Below are positions 29,253-38,740 of a stretch of DNA of 64,000 nt, piece by piece. Numbering within the stretch: position 1 is the first letter of the stretch; every line of letters starts with the position of its first letter. Both the position numbers and the translations under genes were made by a program. Below the pieces are notes generated by a model. That model made no database searches and was not told where the DNA came from. It worked only from the letters and a program-made list of their open reading frames with translations. Source of the stretch: Mesoaciditogaceae bacterium (GTDB taxonomy: Bacteria > Thermotogota > Thermotogae > Mesoaciditogales > Mesoaciditogaceae); contig JAVRKU010000003.1 of the NCBI GenBank assembly GCA_031962125.1, positions 3,133 through 67,132 of the forward strand. Direction: 5' to 3'.

Positions 29253-29880
29253 CTAAAACATCGCCAGTTAGTCCGCCTATCAATTTATCCGAGATGAATT
29301 TAAGAACAAATCCAGAAATGATCGCAAAAGAGAAAGTTATGAAATATTTAGGAAAGAATAAAAACGGGATGAGGTAGATCGAAGCCCGTATTACAGAGCG
29401 CAAACTTACAGGAAAGATTGAAGATCCAAGCCCTTCAGATCTTGCAGAATATGAAAAATGTGCCGTAATAACCATTGCATATCGTGATGCAACGGCGGCC
29501 GATAGAATGACTAAATATGATATATTTATGAGAAAAAAGATTTTCGTTATCATGTAAAGCACACCTATAAGAACGGCCATCGGTCCTACATTACCCATCT
29601 TCATTATCTCAAGCTTTCTTTCAAGGCTTTTTTGCGACATAAAAGCATCAGATGTGTCAAGAAGACCATCAAAATGGAAAGCATTGAAGACTATATAAAT
29701 TATGAGAATGGTAAAGATAACGGTAGGAATGGATCTTCCGAAGATATAAAATAAAACAATATAAGCAAGACCGGATAAGTATCCAACTGCAGGAAAGTCT
29801 CCCACGATCTCAGAGGGTTTTAATGTTGATTTAATAGGTATTCTTGACAAAAAAGAAATTGCACCGAGTATGCGTTTCAT
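29191..29880 (-). CDS. cobS: Adenosylcobinamide-GDP ribazoletransferase (cobalamin synthase)
   Basis: ~230-aa polytopic membrane protein with the CobS pattern (FLSRIPI, DGLLDTSDA). Confidence 0.85.
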   Translation of the reverse strand: MKRILGAISFLSRIPIKSTLKPSEIVGDFPAVGYLSGLAYIVLFYIFGRSIPTVIFTILIIYIVFNAFHFDGLLDTSDAFMSQKSLERKLEIMKMGNVGPMAVLIGVLYMITKIFFLINISYLVILSAAVASRYAMVITAHFSYSARSEGLGSSIFPVSLRSVIRASIYLIPFLFFPKYFITFSFAIISGFVLKFISDKLIGGLTGDVLGAIEEVAELAGMAAGFYFKI

Positions 29881-30365
29881 TTAATTTTCATCGCTATTCC
29901 AGCCACCATTAAAAACACCTCGCTTGCAACACTTGCAAGTTTTGAATTTAACCTTCCCAGCTCTTCAACATACTTTCTTGTCATAGTGTCGATTGGGATG
30001 ATACCCATCCCGACCTCATTTGTTACGATGATCTCATTACCATTCAAAGAATTAAAAAATATTCCCACTTCGGATGTGATATCTATTTTGTGATAAAAAA
30101 GATTACCAAGCCATGTTGTCATGCAATCTATAACACACACATCGTATTCAGATGTTTTATTCAGAATTTTTTCAAGATTTACAGGTTCTTCGAATGTATC
30201 AAAAAGATCTCCTCTGTCTTTTTTATGTTTATCGATCCGTGATCTCATCTCATCGTCAAAAGATTCGGCTGTTGCAAGGAATGCCCTCTTTTTACCGCAA
30301 GATAAAGCCTTTTTTACGGCAAAATCACTTTTTCCGGCTCTTTCTCCTCCCGTTATGAGTATCAT
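29877..30365 (-). CDS. cobU: Adenosylcobinamide kinase / adenosylcobinamide-phosphate guanylyltransferase
   Basis: ILITGGERAGKS P-loop, ~160 aa. Confidence 0.85.
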   Translation of the reverse strand: MILITGGERAGKSDFAVKKALSCGKKRAFLATAESFDDEMRSRIDKHKKDRGDLFDTFEEPVNLEKILNKTSEYDVCVIDCMTTWLGNLFYHKIDITSEVGIFFNSLNGNEIIVTNEVGMGIIPIDTMTRKYVEELGRLNSKLASVASEVFLMVAGIAMKIK

Positions 30366-31354
30366 CCATCTCCCTCCATTTTAAGATTCACTTTCTTAAA
30401 TGCTTCGAAAAGAATGTCATTTTCCTCTGGCTTTTTTATAGAAAGTCTTACATGATTTGCAAGTCCAAAGCTTTTACAATTTCTCACATGAATTCCATAT
30501 TTATCGAGCGTTCTTTGAAATTCATCTCCATCTTCAACCTTCAAAATTCCAAAATTCACATCCGTTTTTATGCCTGATTTTTCAAATTTTTTATATTCAC
30601 ACTTTATCTTACCTATGCTTTCTTTCAAAAAAGTCTCGTCGTCATTCAATATGAACTCTGTAAGTACATATCCACAGGTACCTATCGCCCATGGTGATCT
30701 GTATTTTTCAAAAAGGCTCTTGAAATTATCACTCAACGCGTATCCAAGTCTTATTCCAGGCATACCATATGATTTGGTGAATGTGCGCACTTTTATAAGT
30801 CCAGGATGTGAAAAATTATCGACACTTTTCCCCAAAAAATCTATGAATGCCTCATCTAAAATTATTATTACCCCGCTTTCAGCTAGCTTCAGAATTTCAT
30901 CTTTAACATTCAAAAAATTCCCGGTTGGGTTATTTGGATTTCCAAAGATTAAAACTACCTTTTCGCCTTGCTTTTTGAATTTTTTTGAAATTTCGAAAGC
31001 AAGGTCGAGATCAAGATTTATCTCATTTTTAGGAAGAACTTTGATGACTTTCTTTGCCATGTAATTTGCCACTCTTTCGTATTCACCATAAGAAGGCGTT
31101 GGTATTACCACATTAGCTCCATTCATAAGCGTAAGTCCTATGATTTGAAAAGCTTCTGTTGATCCAGCAAGAAGTGTGGCATCCTGGCCGAATTTTTTTC
31201 TGAATTCATCTTCAATCCATTCATTGTAAAGGTATCTCGTCGAAAATTTTGCACATTTCGAGAAAAGAGCATCTTTCCACTCAGGTAAGTAAGGATTAAC
31301 GGAGATAGAAAAGTCTATAAGTTTTTCGTCTTTAGCACCGCCATGAAATTCCAT
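30362..31354 (-). CDS. cobD: Threonine-phosphate decarboxylase (class I/II aminotransferase fold)
   Basis: PLP-fold protein (NPNNPTG, TFTKSYGMPGIRLGY). Position between cbiB and cobU. Confidence 0.75.
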   Translation of the reverse strand: MEFHGGAKDEKLIDFSISVNPYLPEWKDALFSKCAKFSTRYLYNEWIEDEFRKKFGQDATLLAGSTEAFQIIGLTLMNGANVVIPTPSYGEYERVANYMAKKVIKVLPKNEINLDLDLAFEISKKFKKQGEKVVLIFGNPNNPTGNFLNVKDEILKLAESGVIIILDEAFIDFLGKSVDNFSHPGLIKVRTFTKSYGMPGIRLGYALSDNFKSLFEKYRSPWAIGTCGYVLTEFILNDDETFLKESIGKIKCEYKKFEKSGIKTDVNFGILKVEDGDEFQRTLDKYGIHVRNCKSFGLANHVRLSIKKPEENDILFEAFKKVNLKMEGDG

Positions 31355-32230
31355 TTATTTCACCACCATTATCAAAAACATGGTAGATACGATAAGAGCA
31401 ACGGATAAAATGTAAAGTCGCAATCCGCGATCTATATCTGTAAGTTCTGGTTCACGTCCGTCAAATTTGTAAAGGCCTATCTTTTCGAATTTGACTCCTA
31501 AGACTCCGCTGAATGCACTCATTGGATACGTTCCATTTATCTTTAAAGGACCATATTTGAAGATCGATCTGAAAGCTTTTCTGGGAGAAAAAACGGCAAA
31601 AAATGTTGCGGTTAGTCTTGATGGAATGAAATTAAGGGCATCGTCCGTCCTTGCCGCAGCCTTGCCAAACCATTCAAATTTATCTGTATGATATCCCACC
31701 ATCGCATCGAGCGTGTTTACAGTACGGTACAGTAATGCACCAGGCAGACCGAGGAGTAGGTAAAAAAAGAGCGGTGCCGTTACAGAGTCCGATGTATTTT
31801 CGGAAAGACTTTCTAAAGCTGCAGAAATGAGATGCCATCTGTCTAAATTTGAGGTATCCCTGCTAACTATCATAGAAACTGCATCCCTCATCTTTTCTCC
31901 ATTTTCAGTCCTGCATTTTTTTACGTGTTTGTATAACGCAAGTATTGAAAAGGTTGATTTGAAGAGAAAAATCTGGATGATAATGCCTGCGATGCCAGGA
32001 ATTATCATCGCAAGAATACCCACAGAGAACCAGAGAGTTCCATCGAAGATCAAAAGGATTATTCCAATCAAAAATCTTACAGCGTTAGAACTGGACGGCA
32101 GATCGAAGAATTTGACAATTCTTCCCATCCAAACAACTGGATGAATAAAAGATGGCCATTCTCCTATGACGAGATCTATCCCGATCGCTGCAATAAAAAT
32201 AAAAGGATCAGGCTTGAAAATCTGGATCAT
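31355..32230 (-). CDS. cbiB: Adenosylcobinamide-phosphate synthase
   Basis: CobD/CbiB-family membrane protein (HPVVWMG, DSVTAPLFY-like, DDALNFIPSRL). Confidence 0.85.
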   Translation of the reverse strand: MIQIFKPDPFIFIAAIGIDLVIGEWPSFIHPVVWMGRIVKFFDLPSSSNAVRFLIGIILLIFDGTLWFSVGILAMIIPGIAGIIIQIFLFKSTFSILALYKHVKKCRTENGEKMRDAVSMIVSRDTSNLDRWHLISAALESLSENTSDSVTAPLFFYLLLGLPGALLYRTVNTLDAMVGYHTDKFEWFGKAAARTDDALNFIPSRLTATFFAVFSPRKAFRSIFKYGPLKINGTYPMSAFSGVLGVKFEKIGLYKFDGREPELTDIDRGLRLYILSVALIVSTMFLIMVVK

Positions 32231-33657
32231 AAGAGTTCCTCTATCTTTTCAACATTAATATTCGATTCAAAGATGTCAGTAAATCGATCTATTTCAGTCA
32301 TGAGCGATGAACTTTCTACCTCTTTTTCTTCCATTCCCTTTGATTTCCTGACCGCATTCAAAAAATCTTTTGTGAATTTTAAATTCTGAAAAATCCCATG
32401 AAAATAGGTACCCAAAACATTTCTATCCATAGCACCATCTTCTTGATCCACTTTTTGTCCATTTTTTTCTTCAACTATCGCAAATGGCTTTGTACAGGCT
32501 GATCTGTAAGATATTCCATGGTGAATCTCGTAGCCTTCTACTTTATTTCCAAAAAGATTTTCACGTCCTTTAAAAATGGAAAGCGTTTTTTTCTCTTCAA
32601 AGACCGTTCTAACGTGCAAAAGCTTGAGCCCTTTTATCTTTTTTGTACCTTCCACAAGCTCATCACCAAGCATCTGATATCCGCCACATATGCCGACAAT
32701 GTACGTTCCTGATGAAGCCATTTTCTTGATCTGTTCATCAAATCCATTTTTTCTTAACCATTCCAGATCATCGGATGTCATTTTGGTCCCAGGTATGATA
32801 AGAATATCGGCATCAATATTACCCTCTGTTACAAATTCAGCATCTGTATTCCAGAAGAGCGGATCGAAATCATCAAAATTCGATATGTGGGGAAGTTTTA
32901 GGATCTTAACCTTTAGATCGCCGCTTCCGTGTCTTGTCCAGTCAATCATCGAATCTTCTTCGGGTATTTTGTGATAGATGAAAGGCATCGTGCCAAAATA
33001 TTTCATTTCATATTTTTGAGCAAGCATTTGAGGGTAATCTCCAAGCAGCGATCTGTCTCCAATGAATTTGTTGAAGATGTAGCCAATAACAAGGTTTTTT
33101 TCATCTCCATCAAATAATTCCATCGTGCCCGCTATCTGAGCGAATGCACCACCTTTCTCTATATCCGCAACTAAAAGTACAGGAGCCTTAACCGATTTTG
33201 CAATACTCATGTTGACGATATCATGATCCTTCAGATTTATCTCCACGGGACTTCCGGCTCCCTCTACAACCACGATATCATGGGAATCGATAAGATCTTC
33301 GAGAGCATCTTTTGCTATCATGAAAAATTCTACTTTTTTTGAATACATGTAATCTTTTGCATTCATGTGAGCGTAAGGTTTACCCATAAGAATAATCTGA
33401 GATCCATTCGTTTCAGGCTTCAAAAGAATTGGATTCATTTTGACAGATGGATTCTCATCTGAAGCCATAGCTTGAATGTATTGCGATCTTGCCATTTCTC
33501 CCCCTTCGATGCTCACAGCAGAGTTCAAGGACATATTTTGAGATTTGAACGGTGCGACTTTCAATCCTTTTCTTTTGAAATATCTGCAAAGTGCTGTTGT
33601 AATCAAAGATTTTCCAACACCCGAAGAAGTACCCTGAACCATTAAAACTTTTCCCAT
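32227..33657 (-). CDS. cobQ: Cobyric acid synthase
   Basis: N-terminal GTSSGVGKS ATP-binding domain and C-terminal GATase (GICGGYQMLG, ..HGIF). Confidence 0.9.
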   Translation of the reverse strand: MGKVLMVQGTSSGVGKSLITTALCRYFKRKGLKVAPFKSQNMSLNSAVSIEGGEMARSQYIQAMASDENPSVKMNPILLKPETNGSQIILMGKPYAHMNAKDYMYSKKVEFFMIAKDALEDLIDSHDIVVVEGAGSPVEINLKDHDIVNMSIAKSVKAPVLLVADIEKGGAFAQIAGTMELFDGDEKNLVIGYIFNKFIGDRSLLGDYPQMLAQKYEMKYFGTMPFIYHKIPEEDSMIDWTRHGSGDLKVKILKLPHISNFDDFDPLFWNTDAEFVTEGNIDADILIIPGTKMTSDDLEWLRKNGFDEQIKKMASSGTYIVGICGGYQMLGDELVEGTKKIKGLKLLHVRTVFEEKKTLSIFKGRENLFGNKVEGYEIHHGISYRSACTKPFAIVEEKNGQKVDQEDGAMDRNVLGTYFHGIFQNLKFTKDFLNAVRKSKGMEEKEVESSSLMTEIDRFTDIFESNINVEKIEELL

Positions 33658-33670
33658 TTTGGATCTCCCT

Positions 33671-34183
33671 TCAGAGCTCTATTCCTATCCTCTGTGCAAC
33701 GCCTTTCGTATAATAGTGTTTTATTTCGCACATTTCGGTCACAAGATCGGCAATTTCGATCAACTTTTGTGGTGCATACCTCCCCGTAAGTACCAGCTCG
33801 GTTTGTGGAGATCTTTTCAAAACAAGATCGATAACTTCTTCCTCTTTCAAAAGTTTTAGATATATTGCAATATTTATCTCATCCAAAACTACAAGATCAT
33901 ATTTTCCACCTGATGTTCTTTCTTTTGCCATTTCAAGTGTTTTATTTGCGGCATTGATATCTTCTTCAGCAGGCTTACCAATTATGAATTCAGATCTCCC
34001 ACCCTGAAAGAATTCTATTCCGAGCTTTTCGAGACTTTTCATCTCGCTTGTATACCTGCCTTTCACAAATTGAATGAAAGACACTTTTAAATTTGATCCA
34101 GCCGCTCTCACGCTCAAACCTATGGCTGCTGTTGTCTTTCCCTTTCCATTTCCGGTGTAAATCTGAACGTATCCTCTTTCCAT
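33671..34183 (-). CDS. cobO: Cob(I)yrinic acid a,c-diamide / corrinoid adenosyltransferase
   Basis: YTGNGKGKTTAAIG P-loop and DELN-like motif (LDEINIA). GGAGG lies 8 nt before ATG 34183 (track start TTG 34198). Confidence 0.88.
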   Translation of the reverse strand: MERGYVQIYTGNGKGKTTAAIGLSVRAAGSNLKVSFIQFVKGRYTSEMKSLEKLGIEFFQGGRSEFIIGKPAEEDINAANKTLEMAKERTSGGKYDLVVLDEINIAIYLKLLKEEEVIDLVLKRSPQTELVLTGRYAPQKLIEIADLVTEMCEIKHYYTKGVAQRIGIEL

Positions 34184-34214
34184 TTCAACTACCTCCAATC
34201 AAATCAAAATTTAT

Positions 34215-34246
34215 GTCAAAAACAAAAAACCGACACAAAGTCGGCC
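34215..34246 (-). terminator. Expression-platform terminator of the cobalamin riboswitch
   Basis: Minus strand: CCGAC-uuugu-GUCGG followed by UUUUUUGUUUUU, between the aptamer and the cobO SD. The stem is short. Confidence 0.55.
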
Positions 34247-34295
34247 TGGTTCCCAATTTTTCCATGCCAAATACCTCGATCGAGTATAATACCTT

Positions 34296-34432
34296 CTTAC
34301 AAAGGCAGGTCTCCTGGCTCCCGGGTCATTCTCTCTTTGCACCTTCCCAGTTTCCCAGTGGCATCTCGCAAAGATCGTCGCCGGTTACAGTGGCGGGACC
34401 GCGTCGGTCTTTCACCGAACTTCCCTTTTAAA
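34296..34432 (-). promoter_or_regulatory. Cobalamin (B12) riboswitch aptamer
   Basis: The minus strand reads AAAAGGGAAGUUCGGUGAAAGACCGACGCGGUCCCGCCACUGUAACCGG...GCCACUGGGAAACUGGGAAGG...AAUGACCCGGGAGCCAGGAGACCUGCC. The B12 box GAGCCAGGAGACCUGCC lies at 34304-34320. Confidence 0.92.
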
Positions 34433-34737
34433 CTTTCATACCTTCGAAGATATTTTACCACAACAATCTTTGATTCCATCTCTTACATAGAGATGAATTA
34501 TAACATTTCTTACTTTTATAGCTATATCTTTCCTCGAGATTTAATAAACAATTCCAATGGTATGTAATCCTCTCTTTTGCCAACTTCATGAACTGAAATT
34601 TTTCTATCGCATCTGTAAAAAATGTAAGCTCTTCCTGAATAATTTGAAATATTACGAAACTTATACATTCAATTCGCCTTCTTCAGTGAGAAATGATAAA
34701 ATGGAGTTATAAAACGGATAATTATAAGGAGGTTCGG

Positions 34738-35970
34738 ATGAGAACTCCGGAAGCTTACAGAACCCATATAATTTTTCTTGGAAGGCGAAATGCCGGTAAA
34801 TCTTCCCTTTTTAATGCGTTTATAGGATCCAAAATTGCGATAGTTTCAGACCAACCAGGCACAACAACGGATCCTGTTTATAAATCTATGGAACTTCTTC
34901 CAATGGGACCTGTTATGCTCATAGATACGGCGGGCCTTGACGATGAAGGCCAGATGGGTCAGCTGAGAGTTTCAAAAACATTATCAACGCTTTATAAAGC
35001 TGATATTGCCTGTCTTGTAATCGAAGCCGGAGGGCAATGGACTGAATTTGAAGATCGGATGGTAAATGATCTGAAAAATCGAGGGATCCCGTTTATTGTT
35101 GTGCTCTCAAAATCGGATCTTGAAGTAAACAAAGAACTTGTTAACCTCTTGGAATCAAGAAAATACTCATATGCCATTGTTAACATTTCAGATGAAAGAT
35201 CCATTGACAATTTAAGGTTGAAAATTCCATCCATTTTAAAAAAATTTTATGAACCACCGCTCATAGAAGATTTAGTCGATGGCGGTGATCTTGTTGTTCT
35301 TGTCGTTCCAATAGATCTGGAAGCTCCAAAAGGGAGGCTTATAGTCCCCCAGGTTGAAGCTATAAGAGAATGCCTCGATGCTGAAGCTGTGCCAATAGTA
35401 ACAAAAGAAAGAGAATTGAGATGGACACTTGAAAGTCTCAAAGTAAAGCCGAAGCTTGTCGTCACGGATTCTCAGGTTATCATGAAAGTGATCGCTGATG
35501 TGCCTGAAGATATTCGGCTCACGACCTTTTCGATTCTTGAAGCAAGGCACAAAGGAGATCTTTTAGAACTTATAAGCGGTCTTAGAGCCATCAAAAATCT
35601 ACAAGACGGAGATGCAGTTCTCATTTCAGAAGCATGCGATCACAGGACATTAGCCGATGATATAGCAAGGGTGAAAATTCCGAGATGGCTTGAAAACTTC
35701 ATAGGTAAACAGATAAAGTTCGATATCCATTCTGGTAGAGAATATCCTGAAAATCTTGAAAAATACAAACTCATAATTCATTGTGGAGGATGTGTTATCA
35801 CACGGCAGATGATGCTCGGAAGAATAAAACAGGCTAAAGCGCTTGGTATTCCAATAGTCAATTACGGTGTTATCATTTCTTACCTTAATGGAGCTATTCC
35901 AAGAGTACTCGAACCATTTCCAGATGCTATGACTTTTTACGAGGAAGATGTAAATGCGCACAGAAACTGA
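34738..35970 (+). CDS. hydF: [FeFe]-hydrogenase H-cluster maturation GTPase HydF
   Basis: GRRNAGKSSLFNA, DTAGLDD and SKSD GTPase motifs. C-terminal CDH...HCGGC cluster ligands. AAGGAGG precedes ATG 34738 (track start 34693). Confidence 0.88.
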   Translation: MRTPEAYRTHIIFLGRRNAGKSSLFNAFIGSKIAIVSDQPGTTTDPVYKSMELLPMGPVMLIDTAGLDDEGQMGQLRVSKTLSTLYKADIACLVIEAGGQWTEFEDRMVNDLKNRGIPFIVVLSKSDLEVNKELVNLLESRKYSYAIVNISDERSIDNLRLKIPSILKKFYEPPLIEDLVDGGDLVVLVVPIDLEAPKGRLIVPQVEAIRECLDAEAVPIVTKERELRWTLESLKVKPKLVVTDSQVIMKVIADVPEDIRLTTFSILEARHKGDLLELISGLRAIKNLQDGDAVLISEACDHRTLADDIARVKIPRWLENFIGKQIKFDIHSGREYPENLEKYKLIIHCGGCVITRQMMLGRIKQAKALGIPIVNYGVIISYLNGAIPRVLEPFPDAMTFYEEDVNAHRN

Positions 35971-37345
35971 TTCATTAGGTAAAGTTGAGATTCCGGATGG
36001 AGCATACTACGGCGCTTTTACTTCAAGAGCATTGAAAAATTTTCCTACCAAAAGATTACTACATGTTGAACTCATTTCGGCACTTGCAGATGTTAAATGG
36101 GCATGTGCAGCCGCAAATGAAGAGATAGGTATATTAGACAGAAACATCTCACAGGCCATAGAAAATGCATGCGATGAGATAGCAGATGGTATGAAAGATT
36201 GGATCGTTGTCGATCCCCTAAGTGGTGGTGCTGGAACGGCTGTGAATATGAATTTCAACGAGGTGATAGCAAACAGGGCAACTGAACTTCTTGGAGGGAA
36301 AAAAGGCGAATATATCGTTCATCCACTTGATCATGTTAACAGATCTCAATCGACAAACGACGTCTATCCAACGGCTGTAAAACTAGGTGCTATAAGACTT
36401 CTGAGAAAACTTGTCGATAATGTTTCCGATCTTCAGCAAAGTCTTCAGGAAAAAGAAAGGATATTTTCCGGCATTTTAAAACTCGGTAGGACCGAGATGC
36501 AGGATGCCGTACCTGTAACATTAGGACATGAATTTGGAGCATGGGCAGAAGCGATATCAAGAGACAGATGGAGACTTTACAAAGTTGAAGAAAGAATGAG
36601 ATTCGTTAACTTAGGAGGCACAGCAGTTGGAACAGGGCTCGATGCTCCAAGAACCTTTTCTTTCGTTGCCACAAAAATGCTTGTTGAAAGATCGGGCATA
36701 GGTCTTGTCAGATCTGAAAATCTCATAGAAGCAACGCAGAATATGGACGCCTTTGCGGAAGTACATGGGCTTTTGAAAACCTTAGCGACAAATCTCATCA
36801 AAATATCTAACGATCTGAGATTTCTATCAAGTGGTCCTGATGGTGGCATTGGCGAGATAAGACTGAAACCAGTTCAGCCCGGCAGTTCAATAATGGCCGG
36901 TAAAGTTAACCCTGTCCTTCCTGAATATACGATTCAACTTTCGATAAAAGTACTTGCAAACGATGTTGCTATCAATTTTGCAGTTTCATCTGGAAATCTT
37001 GAGCTCAATGCTTTCTTGCCGCTGATTCAGTACATACTTTATGATTCATTTGATGATCTCATAGGTGCTGTCTTGAGTCTCAAAAAATGTGTTGATGATC
37101 TTTCAGCAGTTGAGTCTAAATGCACCGAAAACCTTCAAAAAAGTGCAATGATAGCCACATGCTTTGTGCCGCTCTTAGGTTATGAACGCATAGCTAAAAT
37201 AGTCAAAAATGCGCTTGAAAGTGGAAGAGATGTGAAAGAATTGCTCATAGAAACGGGTCTTTCGAAAGATCTCGTAGAAAGTGTCATGGATCCAAAGAAG
37301 ATGATCGCACTCGGTTATATGCCTAAAAAACAGGATAACAGTTGA
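35954..37345 (+). CDS. Aspartate ammonia-lyase-like protein (fumarase/aspartase class II family)
   Basis: RSQSTNDVYPT and the SS-loop signature GSSIMAGKVNP. 463 aa. Overlaps hydF by 17 nt. Confidence 0.8.
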   Translation: MRTETDSLGKVEIPDGAYYGAFTSRALKNFPTKRLLHVELISALADVKWACAAANEEIGILDRNISQAIENACDEIADGMKDWIVVDPLSGGAGTAVNMNFNEVIANRATELLGGKKGEYIVHPLDHVNRSQSTNDVYPTAVKLGAIRLLRKLVDNVSDLQQSLQEKERIFSGILKLGRTEMQDAVPVTLGHEFGAWAEAISRDRWRLYKVEERMRFVNLGGTAVGTGLDAPRTFSFVATKMLVERSGIGLVRSENLIEATQNMDAFAEVHGLLKTLATNLIKISNDLRFLSSGPDGGIGEIRLKPVQPGSSIMAGKVNPVLPEYTIQLSIKVLANDVAINFAVSSGNLELNAFLPLIQYILYDSFDDLIGAVLSLKKCVDDLSAVESKCTENLQKSAMIATCFVPLLGYERIAKIVKNALESGRDVKELLIETGLSKDLVESVMDPKKMIALGYMPKKQDNS

Positions 37346-37366
37346 AAAAGAGCACTTACCTGCATG

Positions 37367-37396
37367 TTGCCTAAGAACAGCTCGAAATGGTAAAAT
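37367..37396 (+). promoter_or_regulatory. Promoter of asnS (extended -10)
   Basis: TTGCCT (37367-37372), then 18 nt, then TGgTAAAAT with the -10 hexamer at 37391-37396. Confidence 0.5.
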
Positions 37397-37411
37397 ATAC
37401 TTAAAGGAGAG

Positions 37412-38722
37412 GTGATCATTTTGTCAGAATGGGTATACATAAAAGATTTGGCAAAGCATGTTGGAAAATCTGTCACCATTAAAGGCTGGATTTTCAACAA
37501 AAGATCGAGCGGTAAGATCCATTTTCTCCAGATCAGAGATGGTACGGGATTTGTACAGGGAATAGTTGAAAAATCTTCCATTGCTGATGAAATATTTGAA
37601 AAAGCTGGAGAATTAAAGATAGAATCGAGCCTTATTGTAAGCGGTAATGTTCGAAAAGACGAAAGATCGCCTTATGGCTATGAAATAGATGTGAGCGATA
37701 TTAAAATAGTTCAGATACCGCTCGAAGAATATCCAATATCCAAAAAAGAACATGGTATAGATTTTTTGATGAACAATCGTCATCTCTGGCTTAGATCTCA
37801 ACGGCAATTTCATATTCTCATGATAAGAAATGAAGTTGTCTGGGCCATCAGAGAATTTTACAGAGACAAGGGTTTTATACTTGTAGATACACCGGTTCTT
37901 ACGGGTGCAATAGGAGAATCAGCGGGAGAACTTTTCAACGTCGAATATTTTGATCTTGGAAAAGCCTATCTGACACAAACAGGTCAGCTTTACCTTGAAG
38001 CTGCAGCCATAGCTCTCGGCAAAGTTTACAATTTAGGCCCAACTTTCAGAGCTGAAAAATCGAAAACAAGAAGGCATCTCACCGAATTCTGGATGAACGA
38101 AGCCGAGGTCGCATACTATAACGAAGATGATAACATGCATCTTCAGGAGGAACTTGTCTCCTATGTTGTTGGCAGAATTCTTGAAAGGGTACCGGATCAT
38201 CTCAGAGCGATAGATAGAGATATCAAGCCTCTCGAAAAAATACAGCTTCCATTTCCGCGAATATCTTACGATGAAGGAGTAAAGATGCTCCAAAAAAAAG
38301 GTTTTGATATAAAATGGGGTGATGATATAGGAGGAGACGAAGAGACAGGAATAAGCGAAGAATTTGACAGGCCTGTGATGGTTTATAATTACCCTAGAAA
38401 AATAAAAGCTTTCTACATGCAACCAGATCCTGAAAGACCAGAAGTGGTCTTATGTGATGATATGCTTGCACCGGAAGGCTATGGAGAAATAATAGGCGCA
38501 TCCGAACGTATAAATGATCCGAATTTACTTGTAGAAAAAATAAAAGAATTCAATCTTCCTGTTGAATCTTATGACTGGTATGTAGATCTCAGAAAATATG
38601 GAACAGTTCCACACAGTGGATTTGGAATGGGTATAGAAAGGCTAATCGCATGGATATGTAAACTCGATCACATAAGAGAGGCCATACCTTTTGCCAGAAC
38701 GATTTACAGGATACATCCCTGA
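37412..38722 (+). CDS. asnS: Asparaginyl-tRNA synthetase
   Basis: Class IIb aaRS with FRAEKSKTRRHLTEFWM (Asn-type motif 2) and GFGMGIERL motif 3. ~435 aa. The start may be TTG 37421 after GGAGAGG. Confidence 0.88.
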   Translation: MIILSEWVYIKDLAKHVGKSVTIKGWIFNKRSSGKIHFLQIRDGTGFVQGIVEKSSIADEIFEKAGELKIESSLIVSGNVRKDERSPYGYEIDVSDIKIVQIPLEEYPISKKEHGIDFLMNNRHLWLRSQRQFHILMIRNEVVWAIREFYRDKGFILVDTPVLTGAIGESAGELFNVEYFDLGKAYLTQTGQLYLEAAAIALGKVYNLGPTFRAEKSKTRRHLTEFWMNEAEVAYYNEDDNMHLQEELVSYVVGRILERVPDHLRAIDRDIKPLEKIQLPFPRISYDEGVKMLQKKGFDIKWGDDIGGDEETGISEEFDRPVMVYNYPRKIKAFYMQPDPERPEVVLCDDMLAPEGYGEIIGASERINDPNLLVEKIKEFNLPVESYDWYVDLRKYGTVPHSGFGMGIERLIAWICKLDHIREAIPFARTIYRIHP

Positions 38723-38740
38723 TCTGAAAGGAATTGACTG

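Noticed and set aside
30570-31064. 164-aa plus-strand ORF inside cobD, and similar 60-130-aa ORFs antisense to cobQ, cbiB, asnS, kamA and others
   Set aside because: All are embedded in confident genes on the opposite strand and lack motifs or translation signals.
34093-34567. Three ORFs (60-112 aa) over the cobO leader
   Set aside because: The region is the cobalamin riboswitch and its expression platform. The Arg/Pro/Ser-rich translations reflect structured GC-rich RNA.
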